Of a DNA stretch of 64,000 nt, positions 13,710 to 25,008 are shown in pieces. Positions within the stretch are counted from its first letter, which is position 1. Each line of letters opens with the position of its first letter. This stretch comes from Lepidodermella squamata. Its lineage: Eukaryota > Animalia > Gastrotricha. Under the pieces are notes generated by a model that ran no database searches, was not told the DNA's origin, and worked only from the letters and a program-made list of their open reading frames with translations. Location: assembly GCA_047495785.1 (NCBI GenBank), contig JBLDXI010000009.1:2294001-2358000 (forward strand), read 5' to 3'. Made by a program: the position numbers and the translations under genes.

Positions 13710-16700
13710 ATGATCGTGTTCAAATTTCTGGCTTATCTCTCCTTTCATTCTGCATTTTGCCAAAGCCGAATCAAGTATTTTAAGAATTTCGAAATCCCGG
13801 CTACAACAATTTGGCCTTTGTTCGAAATAACCGAAGAATCAACAACCCCAACTACAACAAACTCGACAGAGGAATCGACCACTGTTAGGGAAATCAGCGA
13901 AATCCACCCAAGAGGTAGCGATGGGGCGAAATCCTTCTTCCTAGGGATGGATTTCAGCTTCCCACATTGCAAACCATCCGCCTGTCACGGCTTAGCGTTC
14001 GGTTACCAATACAAAAGCTGTTTACGATCGGATTACCAGCTTCAGGAATGCAAATTCGAGATAAGGACCAACACGACCTCGAAATGGTCCTACCAGCCGT
14101 TGACTTGCCTGAAAGCTGTATCAAGCGTGCCATGCCATGGCCATTTCAACTTCTCAATCCTATCGACAAGATATTGGCTCAACAGCACGATATTACTTGC
14201 ATGGAGTGGTTCAAACTGGAAGAATGTAGATATCTCACCCTACACGTATTACCTCGCCCGTTTGAGACCTAATGAAGGAAACGGGAGTTTGTATTGTACA
14301 GGGTTTCGATCACCCTCTAGCAGTTTGGTCTACAGCGCTTTTAGCTATTTTTACAATGGTAGTTACTACGAGTTATCTACCGATAACGGAGGCTATATGT
14401 ACAAGGCTAAAATTATCGATGATAGCGGGTATAGGAAGTTGGCCTTCTTCACGAGGAATGAAACTGGTTGCCAGAATCCGATGTGTGTCTGGTTTCAGGA
14501 TGAATACACGGCCACACTGCCGAATGGAACTGTCTCGGCTGAGTTGACAGAGTTCAGATATTCAAATAAATGGTTCGTATGGATTGCGGCGGAAAATAGT
14601 TACATCTTGTACACGGGTCCTGTAACAAAGAGGATGGCGCAGAGTTACGTGAAATACTTCTCCGACTACACATGGACTTTGACGAATGGAACGACTTACA
14701 GTTACATCAACGGAACTGTATTTCGGTTGGATGACGACGGCCAGCCGATTCGAAGTTGGTCTTCTATCGGGCTGTGGTGGTGGAATTACTGGGATTATAC
14801 AGCGTGCGACCCGCAAGCCACCGGTGGCTACTTCTTCACGTACCCAGGGTCAGATCGAACAGTTTATCGTAACAGCAGTGGAGAGTATGATTGCTCGATA
14901 AAAGATGGGGAATTTGAGTTTCTCAAGCAATACGAAACCGAGCATAAATGCAACGACTCGGCTGAATCAAGTGGCAACGGTCGGAAATTCTGGTCTTGCA
15001 ATGCAGCGGCCGACCAACCCGGTGATAATACCTTGTCTGGTAATTTAAATTAAATAAATTTCGATTATTTTTTATTTCGAATTTTTCTTCAGTATGCGAT
15101 CCTGAGGATGAATTCTCTTGCCCGCAAGGCTTTCGATGTGTCAAATTTCCGGAGGTGATTGAAAAAGTATGCAGCCTAGGCATCTGTATGTCCCATGATT
15201 CACCCAACTCCACTTACCAACCCTTGCTAAGTGAGTTTTTTCCACTCATTTATTTTTCATTTTTCAACCAACTTTCCTGCAAAATAAGAATACGGCGAGG
15301 TTTGTGAGCAGCATTCGGATTGCTTTACTGGGCTATGCCTTGATGGTAAGTGCTCATGTTCGAGGTGTACGAAAATTCTGTCTGCAATCGATTACAACTG
15401 GATGACGTCAAGCTATGAATACAAAGAAGCGTGCATACGTATGTTTTTCCGAATTGCTAACGCGTAGGTATATTAATTGAATTTTTTATGAACGTCGCAG
15501 CTATTAAAAGCGCGATCGGCGGGCTGGGTGATTCATGCAGCCTTTGGCCGATAGCTAAAGACAAGGCCTGCGGGCATGGTATGGTATGTTCTAAGTGCCC
15601 GGAGCATTTCGATATACCGATGATTGACGCAACATGCAGTGGTAACAAAAAATAACTTGAAATTGATGAAAAAAACGAGGCAAATTTTTTATAGCTTTGA
15701 AACTAGTCGACTGGAGCAGGTGTGAAGATGGCCACAGGTGTGGTTACAATGCTAAATGCGCTGTTATCGGTAATGTCTCTACCTGCATCTGCCCAGATGG
15801 TTACAATTTGGAGTCGAACATGGTTGATTGCTACGGTTGGAGGCCGTGGAGCGAGACGCCCTGCAGTGCAACTTGCGGCAATGGCGTCGTTCAATTAAGC
15901 AGGATTTGCGACAAATTGCCCCATTCATCAGCTGCTTGCGATGGGAATGCAACAGTGCTTGCACCATGTTCCGCAGCAGTTCCTTGTTCTTGTGAGTAAC
16001 CGCGAAAATTTCCGCATAATTTCCCATATATAGTCATTTTTAGTGCCACCCTCCTTAAAAAAATCAGCAGCTCATGTGAGAGTTCAGACAAAATCATTGA
16101 AAATGAGCCAGTTTGACGCGATTCTGCAACCTCAGCTGAAAAATTCTCTGGCAGAATTTCTCACTGATATGTGCCTTCAAGATAGTGATATTTTCGAAAA
16201 TCAGTGCTGCCCTGGGCGAGCTTGGATTTTCCCGCATGAAGCTTACGATTGCGTCAGCAACACTACGGGAATAATATTTGTCAACAAATTCAGCGACCCT
16301 GATCAGTCATCTTTCAGCTTTTACGTAACGGCGCAAGTCGATCAGAACAGTATATGCTGTAAAGGGGCTCCAGTGATAAGCGAAGATTCGAGCAATAGGA
16401 AGCCGAAGAAGACTGTAAAGATAGCTTCAAGCTTCGATGCAGAGATTCTGAGCGAACTTCTCGCAACTTCGAAGCAAATGTGAGATTTACCTTGTTATAA
16501 GGCTTTATATCAATTTAATGTGCTTTCAGGATGTCGACTTTAACTACGATTTTCAAAAAAATTGATCCAAAGTCAAAAATATTAATCATGTCAAAAAGCG
16601 TCGAGTCAAACCGCGATCAAGTAATTAAAAATTCCTCCTTAATTTTTTAAATTTTCGAATTTTTTACAGAAATTTTCGCACAGCGCGAACGATTTTTTTC

Positions 16701-17061
16701 TGTCCGCAAGTGGGATTCTCATAGCAATTACAGGCGCTTTGTCGGCGATTGCTATTTTAGCCATGACTGCATTGCTCTTCAAAAAGTTGGTTCAAAACTG
16801 AAATTTTACGATGAAAATTTGAGTTTGATTTTCAGGAAAACTTCGAGGACTTCGTATAAATTCAACTCATCGAACGAGCCCATTTTCAGTTTTGCCAACA
16901 TCTGCGGCTGGCGGCGCCGAGGTTCATCTACTGCTGAAGTCACGCCGAGCCACCCTGACATTCCGATTATCAACGCGTTCCATCCCACCTACTTCGAGCA
17001 GTATCGGCCGAAAAAAAGCAGCGTGCGAAAATCATCAGCTCTTTCCCTGAACCAACTCTAG
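13710..17061 (+). CDS. Array gene D: divergent paralog with intron-poor 5' half, short mucin tract and no furin site
   Basis: ORF 13710-15053 has a signal peptide plus the shared motifs CHGHFNFSILSTRYWL, YLARLRPNEGNGSLYC, CVWFQD, ATGGYF. Later exons give YGEVC..DCFTGLC, EGF-like/TSP1 (15697-15999), SEA-like (16043-16483), TM ~16695-16785 FFLSASGILIAITGALSAIAILAMTALLF-KK, tail with HPTYFEQY. AATAAA at ~17092. Confidence 0.82.
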
Positions 17062-17376
17062 AGGACAGTTAATTCTGTTTACGCGTATTTCAATAAATTG
17101 ATAAAATGTTGACTATAGACCCTTGGATTGTGTGGGTGAAACCTGAAATGGGTCAAGCATATAATGAACCTCGTGATGTTACTCCTTGGAAACTGCAAAG
17201 TTGTAGGAGGTTCAGCCGCCACCTCGTGTCGTCGTTAAAATTCTGGCTAAAAGCCTCTAATGCACTCAGCTTTGTGTTTTTCATTTTTTTGGTCGCCCGT
17301 TTGTTTTTTTTGGCGGTTGCATAGAGGTCATATCCACTGGGATTGCGCTACTAAAGTTGAAATTCCTCAAAATAAA

Positions 17377-18454
17377 ATGATCATGAAACACATCGCATCA
17401 ATATTACTGTTTTTTTCGATGAAAGCCTTGGCAACGGGTAAGAATATTTTGATTCAATAACTTGGCGTAATCCTAATCAACCACAGACCCAGAGATGTAT
17501 GCATCGAATGATCCGGATGGCTCAACGTAAATTCTTTTCCAGGTTTTTTGTGAATAAACCTCAATTTTTTTTATTTCACCAGCGCCGGGAATGTAAATGA
17601 GGAGAAAACCACAGTAAGCTAATCTACCATTTTTTATTTCCTGGTTATGATTTTTCCGCAATCTAAAAGCGATACATCCTTTCGAGAACAATGCCACCTG
17701 AGTAGGTCTCGAATTTGAAAAGTGGGTTCTTAGTTAAATTTGTTTTTGTTTCAAGAATCGCGAAGTTGAAAGCTGCTATGGAGAGTGGAGACGAGGACGA
17801 GGTTGCAAGGTTCCTATTTGGCCAAGAGATCACCACGGTATAGGACCGTGTAAAATGTTGAAGCATTATTTAAAAAAATATTTTTATTAGAAAAAAGACG
17901 TGAGTGATGGATCCCTGCCATCCTGGGCTATCGGGCTTATGAGTGCTTGTATCATCATATTTTGCGCGGTTTTGCTCATCGCCACGGGAATAGTCGTCGT
18001 CAAAAAGAAGTTCGCCTAATTTATCAGTTTAATTTATAAAAAGTCTATACCCTTTCCTCATCTATCAGCAATCATCCCGCTAAATTCCGTTTTATATCCC
18101 AGGTTGAAGATGAAAAGGTCGAAAGTTTCCTTTGTACCGCCTCCGATGGGCAACCTGCCAACTCATGATCAACTGATGAAATTTCAATACCAGCGAGCTG
18201 CAACAAGTCGAGATGGCAATAAGGCTTTAATCGCCGTTCAGGCTAAGGAATCAGCCCTGCCAAAATCAGCCCTGCCTTTGGCCGATAATCGATCTCAGCC
18301 GATTTTTGTCACTCAAACCGGGCACAGTGCTTTATCGGCTAGCTGGACAGCAACTGAAGCTGGGGTTCAGCGCGAAAAATCAAAAGCTGAACAGTTGATA
18401 CTTCCTCTAAGTGCAGACCCTTCGTTATCGCTGCGCAACTTGCACTTCAGCTAA
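17377..18454 (+). CDS. Array mini-gene F: small type I membrane protein with short ectodomain
   Basis: MIMKHIASILLFFSMKALATG signal peptide, several micro-exons (boundaries uncertain), TM exon 17891-18009 KKDVSDGSLPSWAIGLMSACIIIFCAVLLIATGIVVV-KKK with the same phase 0/2 borders as the other array genes, tail ORF 18104-18454. AATAAA at ~18492. Confidence 0.65.
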
Positions 18455-19436
18455 TTTCATATCTTATAATCAACTTGTATTTTTGAAGTGAAATAAAGTT
18501 AGTAATTTTTAACGATTTATGCAAAGATCACGGCTTTTATTTTTTTGCAATAAAAAATTTTCTGGCGACATTTATCATCAACAAATCGCACAATAAGCTT
18601 GCGCTAAACGCCGTTGGTAGTAATAATTCTTGTTATAATACAATAAGTTGTAAGTTTCAAGCGAGAAAGAATATATAACATAGGATTTGTGTCTTCTCAA
18701 GAATTTTATTTTCCATGGCTTTTCGCAATAATTTTTGCGACTAGGTCGCTGTTCAATTTTAAATTCGGCGAAAATCAATCATAGCACTTCGTCAAGCGGC
18801 TAAGTACGCCGAATTAAACAATACAATAGTAAACAATTACATTGCTAAAAAATCACGAAGGCTATATACCAGCGAGGTATAAGCAATCGATATAGGATAA
18901 AAATTCGATATTTACAACAGTCATTGTCATAATTATTTAAAGATTTGATTGAGGCAAAAAATAGTCAGCTGTTGATATCTGGCAGAGAGTTCGGCATGGT
19001 AGAGACACGCAATAGAAACACGCTGCTAGAAACGAGACTCTAATCAATAATATACCGAGATCAAGTTTTAGCGAAGTCAAAAAGATCTGCAGATTTCACA
19101 TGGCATTTAAACACCTCGAAAGCGGTAAATAAAAACGAAAATCCGATTAAATTTCACGGCCAAGTTCTTCGAGAATATTCATTCCTAACATCCTTAGTTC
19201 ATTAAGATTAACTTGCTATTAAAGGAAAAATTAATAAATCTTCAAAGGCCTAACGAACCTTAGATAATTAATTAAAAATTCTTATCATTAATTTCGATAT
19301 TTTAATAAAAATCTAAGAAAATTTCTAGAATTAACTGGCCAATATTATAAATTTCAGAGACATTTTTGCCATATATTCTGACGAGATTTTTCGATGGGAG
19401 ATCTTAGCGAGTAGTAATTCCATCTTGCCGTGATCG

Positions 19437-21315
19437 TTACCGCCGGAGAAGTAGCAAAATAGCCCCCAATACTAGACTTGTTGTCCTTGAGCAAATCCCG
19501 GCGCCATTACTGCTGGTCGGCATTGAAACATCGCTATCGGCCAGGTTACGTTTCCGCTTTTTCAGCGAAACCAGGGTGATCGGATTCGACGGCATCTGTT
19601 GCACCCCAGCAGCCGCGGCACCCATCGACGGTATAGCATCGCGCGGCGCATGGGCCACCTTTTGAAACAGCTTGCCTTCATCAGGCTGGCGGCGCTTCGA
19701 CGACGAAATGCCGGCCGAAGCGTTCCAGCGCGAAAATAATACGCAATTCTGCTGTAAAATCGTTTTAGGCTTTTTCGGAGGCGTAGACCCATTTGTAGCG
19801 CTATCGGTTGATGGTACCATTGTAACCTCAGTCCTCATTAGGAAAAAGTAAGAACAGTGTTGGTCTAGGGTGCAAGCCCTGCTGCAGGTTGCTTCGGACG
19901 AGTTGGCAATTGTCGCTCGATGAACGAGAATTTTCATCGAATCATCTGCGACTGCTACGTAATCTGCTCCCTCGCTCGGATTCGCTGGAAAATTTAAGAA
20001 ATATTCGAATTAGTTTATTCCAGCCAAAAGACTTACAGTAAGCTTCCCAAGGATCGTTCTCTCCAAGAGTCGACGAAGCGTAGCTTTGATGCATAGCTGC
20101 CGATGGCGAGTTGCTATTGTCGAAAAACACCATTTCCAGCGGGTTCGTTGTATTTTGATCCACCAGCACCGGCTGGTCGCGCTGTTGTTGGTCAAATGAG
20201 AAAATTTCATTGCTAGACATCGCCGGGTCATCGCCTCCGTCAAGGTGCTTCCGCGCCCGCTCGAGAGCGGCCGGCACCCAGTAGTCCTTACGGAAGTATT
20301 TAACCCAGGATTCGACTGCTAGCAAATCGCTAGGCATCGTTTCTGGGCACACCTGGGCCTTCAGATAACAGACGTCGCCTTCAAAGTCGTAAGTAAACCC
20401 GGAACAGTTAGCCATTGTCCGGCATGTTGATGCGCAGGATGTAACGTCGGTAAAAACTGGCGGTACTGCCAGTTGTCCAGGACATGAACCATGCATAGCA
20501 GTAAATCCCCATAATTCTAAAAAATTAAAAATAAATTATAAAATATCCCTGAAATTAAGAGCAATTTTTCTATGAATTTTGACTAGTGGACCGGGTAAAA
20601 TGGGACATTTTAGGCTTTCTGACTCTGTTCCTCATTTTCTTCAAACTTCGGCCCCAATTTTAAGAGCAATTTTAGAAACTGAGGGGGCCTTCTATATAAT
20701 AAGCTATACAATAAGCTTCCAAAATAAACCGCTGATCGTTTAATAACGTTATCCTATAGCACATTTCAAATTGCCAAAAATAATAAAAAAATTGAACAAT
20801 TCTCGATTTTTCCAGAAATATCAGGATTCATCTTCCCCGCCTCCAGTTCAAATTTTAGAATTTTCTAAAAATACTGAAATATGGCTCTGTCCAAAGTTAC
20901 CCTTCTATTACGGTACCCGGATTTTTTTCCAAAATTAATATAATTATTTTCCAACAAATTTACCATTTTTATAAAACACCACTGGGGTGTATCGAGCAGG
21001 TTTGATGCGGTCGCATAGGCCCCATTTTAGCCAACAATGCTGTTCAAGGTGATCAAAGGAAAACCCGCGACAGCCCGTATATCTCTGGCATTCATTCGCA
21101 CAGCCTTGTACGTCAACGGTAACTGGTTTCTCGTTTAAAAACATATCGGCGCAATTGCCGATCAGCATAGTAAATCCGCGAACAACTGTAAAAATATTTA
21201 AAAAATCACAGGAAATTAAAAAGCTCACTTCAAACTTACGAGGTCGCTGGCATTTCGCAAGGCTCGACAGGTAGACAAGGACGAAAAGCGCTGGTCCCAA
21301 CCTCTGAAGCATCAT
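19437..21315 (-). CDS. Secreted/GPI- or membrane-anchored protein with three PAN/Apple domains
   Basis: Signal peptide MMLQRLGPALFVLVYLSSLAKC; PAN signatures CANECQRYTGCRGFSFD..CWLK, CASTCRTMANCSGFTYD..CYLK, CSRACTLDQHCSYFF..CVLF; KKRKR followed by hydrophobic C-terminus SSNGAG..SLVLGAILLLLRR. Confidence 0.85.
20590..20915. mobile_element. Degenerate non-autonomous DNA-transposon remnant in PAN-gene intron
   Basis: gggtaaaatgggaca (~20593) and tgtccaaagttaccc (~20888) are imperfect inverted repeats; right end ..ttacggta resembles the CCGTA termini of the other MITEs here. The intron is much longer than the local ~50 nt norm. Confidence 0.35.
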
Positions 21316-24300
21316 GGAGGTGAGATCGAAAGCGAAAAATTAAATTATGTGACCCAATTATAAATGGCTATAAAACAAAATTTATTTATCATAGCGCGAT
21401 AGAGTCATTCGATATATTATTGTTATTGTTGTTTGCTGATAAAAGGCGTTGCCTTGAAAATTGCACGCCCGAGGCATTTCTTATTATATATATTGCCGTG
21501 CGAAATTGAATAAAACGATATAGAAAAGCTGAAGAAGAAGACAAAAACTGCGCGTCAAGAGGCGGCGCGCGTTATTGCGTCCAAGCTATGCCTACCTATA
21601 GTTGACGTTCCCAACGGGTGTTTAAAAATAATTTGTTTTTAAAAGCGCAACATAACACTCGTTTAATTACTACACATTAGTGCGCGCGAAGTTTAGCTAT
21701 ATCGAGAAGTTTCGCGTATTAGAAGCTTCAAGCTTTCAGGTACATGTGCCGCGTTTGTTACAGCATACAGCGTTATAGCCGAGCCTGTGTGTTGGCATCA
21801 AAAGTAAACAAGAAACGATGATGCGATGAGCAAAAATTTTGTCCACTTTCGGGCAGGCAGGCAGGCATCCGCCCGTTCATTCACTGCTCGCACGCGCGAA
21901 TAAATAACAGGGCCCGCGCGTTATACTTGCGCATATATGAGCGCGAGAGATGATGATGAGTTGAAGATACTATAATATAAAATCTGCGACTACTACTACC
22001 TGAGTTTGAACGATACGATGAGGAGACGCGCAGTATTTTAACAGCGCGATTTACACGCCAACGTATAATTGCTGTTGTTACTTTTGCCGCTTATTGTTGT
22101 TGTCATGGTGGCCGGGCGGCCAGGGTGAGCAGAAAATGCGCGCCTGAACAGACGCGCAAGTTGATAATATACTACTTTTGGATATTTAATAATATAAATA
22201 AGCGCGATTAGACGATACATACAAGCACCGCATACACACATACCTGGATATCGTAGGTCAATAATAGCCCGGTTTTTGCCAGACTAATGATAACAATAAA
22301 CAGCGCGGTGATGATGTTTTATTGTAATTCGCTGTGACGGCGACGCGCTTTACTGGTGTCGTCGCACACATTTCGCCTCTGATATAAGAAGGATGGGAGG
22401 AAAGTAACTCGCTGTCGTTGTAATATAGTAGTATCGTATTAATGTGAAGAGGCGCGCTCGTCGTTTTGGTGCCGGCCCAGGGCCATGCCAAGGACACGCC
22501 GTTTTAAAGCTGAACTGCGTAGAGGTATTTGCCGTGTAAATTGCTGAACGCTCGCTCGCGGGCGCGTGAGTTCGCCGCTATACTTTAGTGCAAGTACAAG
22601 TAAAATGTGGCTCCGGACTTTTATCATCGCATCATCATCATCATTGCGCACATTACATTATACAAAACGCGCATGCACGATGATGATGAGAAAGCGCCCT
22701 GCGGGCTTGTTCGCTTTTATAAACTTGTGATGGATATTTTGTCAACGATCTATCAACAACAAATAACGGGCGTGAAAACGTGCGCTGTGCATTTCATCGC
22801 CGCAAACGTTTGTTTTGCCAACCCCGGGCCAACCCAGGTTACACTGCGGCCGCGCGCGCACCCGCCTCTGCCCTCCGCCCTCTCGCAGGCAGATGAGCAG
22901 TTTTAATCGGAAATCGGCACCGCCTTTGTCTCGCCGTGTTAATTGGCAGTTAAAATAACAACAAACAATAGCATGTGCGAGGATCAATTTGAAAGGGACA
23001 TTTCAGGCGCGACCCGGATATTTTCATTATCCTCACCATATATTTGCCTTTCTTCCAAAGTAAGGAATGATGAAAAATTTTAATAATTATTTTAATAAAA
23101 TTTGAAAATCTATGCATGACGGTGAAATATATTAAGGAGACTGCGTTAATGACCAGACACCCTGTCGCAGTTTTTCATCGCATTTAATGACAACGTAGAC
23201 GGAAAAAAGACGATGACAAGGACTGCCTTTCATGTAGCGGCCTGGCGAAAAACTCGACAGTCAAAAACGTGTCTCTCAAGTGGCTATTACGATGTTGAGT
23301 ATTGTTTTAAATATTCCATCTCGAGCGAGCGCGCGGCTATTATACAAGGCGCGGCTCCTGCCGTGATGGATGGCTCTACCTGAGCGGGCGCACGCGCGCG
23401 TTTCATCAACAACCGCGCGCGCGCCAAAAATATGCGCGCTCATCAAAAATAGCAGCGCGCAAAACAATGCGCGTTTTTCGAAAAATAACGCGGCTAAAAA
23501 TATTAAATGAAAATGTTTATGCATAACAAAAATTTTGCGATGATGATTTTGACGGCGATCATGGTGTAAATGGGCTCTCGCTCGGTTGCGTCTATGCAAA
23601 TATTTTCACTATTGTTATTTATTTCTTTTTGGCGCTAAACAAAAATATATGGGACGCTCGTTTTTGCCCAAGGCACACCTTTTAGGGTATATTTACAATT
23701 AAGAAAAAATTCTTCAGTTATGTGTCAACAGACATGTATTGTTTTCTTCACCCAATAGAACGCCTCGCAGCCAAACCGAGGGTTGTTTTTCGCGAACTTT
23801 TAATTTACAATGCATATACCTAGTGCATTTCCGAACTGATCAAATATTCTCCTTCAAACGATCAGCCACTCGAGTGGCCTTTCTTACTACTTTTTTGTAA
23901 TCTTCTTTTCGTCCATTAACCAGTCCGGTTTTTTAATCAGATTTGATGCAGTATTCAACTTTTAGCAGGCTGAAAGGCTTTCGATTCCTCATTATAAAAA
24001 ATGGTAATGGGTAATGTATGTTGTCACGATTGACCGCGTTGCTAAGTCGGATATCTGGAACGCCATTGAAAAAGGGAAACATTCCATAAAAATGAATACA
24101 GCCAGCACTGTTCTACTTCTTAGACATCATCAAAGAAACTGCCCGCATTATTTTCAGGATTGTTGAATGAAAAAGTCGCGCGCATCACAGCTCCGAGATG
24201 GAAAAGCTTGTCCGTGATAAGCAGGGCGGCACCTAAAAGCAATCCTGGTCATCGATTGTGATAAAAACAAGTGCGTATCGGGAAAAATCAAGGCAAGTGT

Positions 24301-25008
24301 GAAATCTCGCTAATAATTGATACCAATTAGCACCGATGATTGTTTTAGCCGGACCAGTCTATCGGTTCGAAGGAGGATTGAGAAAATGAACTTAATCCTG
24401 AAGATGCAGCTATAAATTCTGGTTAATTACCATTGGAAATTTCATTTTATTGCGCAAATAATTTTTACATTTGATCATAATAAAATAAAAATGTATCATA
24501 CGATTAATAATTATAATTATATGCATATAACCTAGAATATCACAATAGAGTGCTTACAAAAAATGACATTTTTTGACGATAAGAATTGGAGAAGGTATCC
24601 ATGGCTAAAATAATCATAAATGCAATAGGTAAAATTCGATTGAAGATTAAAAAAAAATATTAAACATTAGGTTGCGCTACAACTACTCATTATTTGTCGT
24701 TTTCTTTTTCGTTCAGAATACAGCTATAACGATGAACTCAGGTCTCTAAGTTAAATTGCACGTTTTTTTTACGGGTAAGGGGCTTAAACGGAGAACTAAT
24801 TAGGAAAAAAAATTCATATCATTTTCACTGTTGTATATAAGTCTCACATTTTAAGGCGAGTACGCCACTAAATATCTTACTGACCGAAGCAGCAGAATCG
24901 AAAGATGGAAAGATCAAGGGATATAGTGGTGATGATGATAATCCGGCAGCCATCAACAACTTTCACACACAACTCAACATACGAACACACTTTTTCAGGT
25001 AAATTTCA

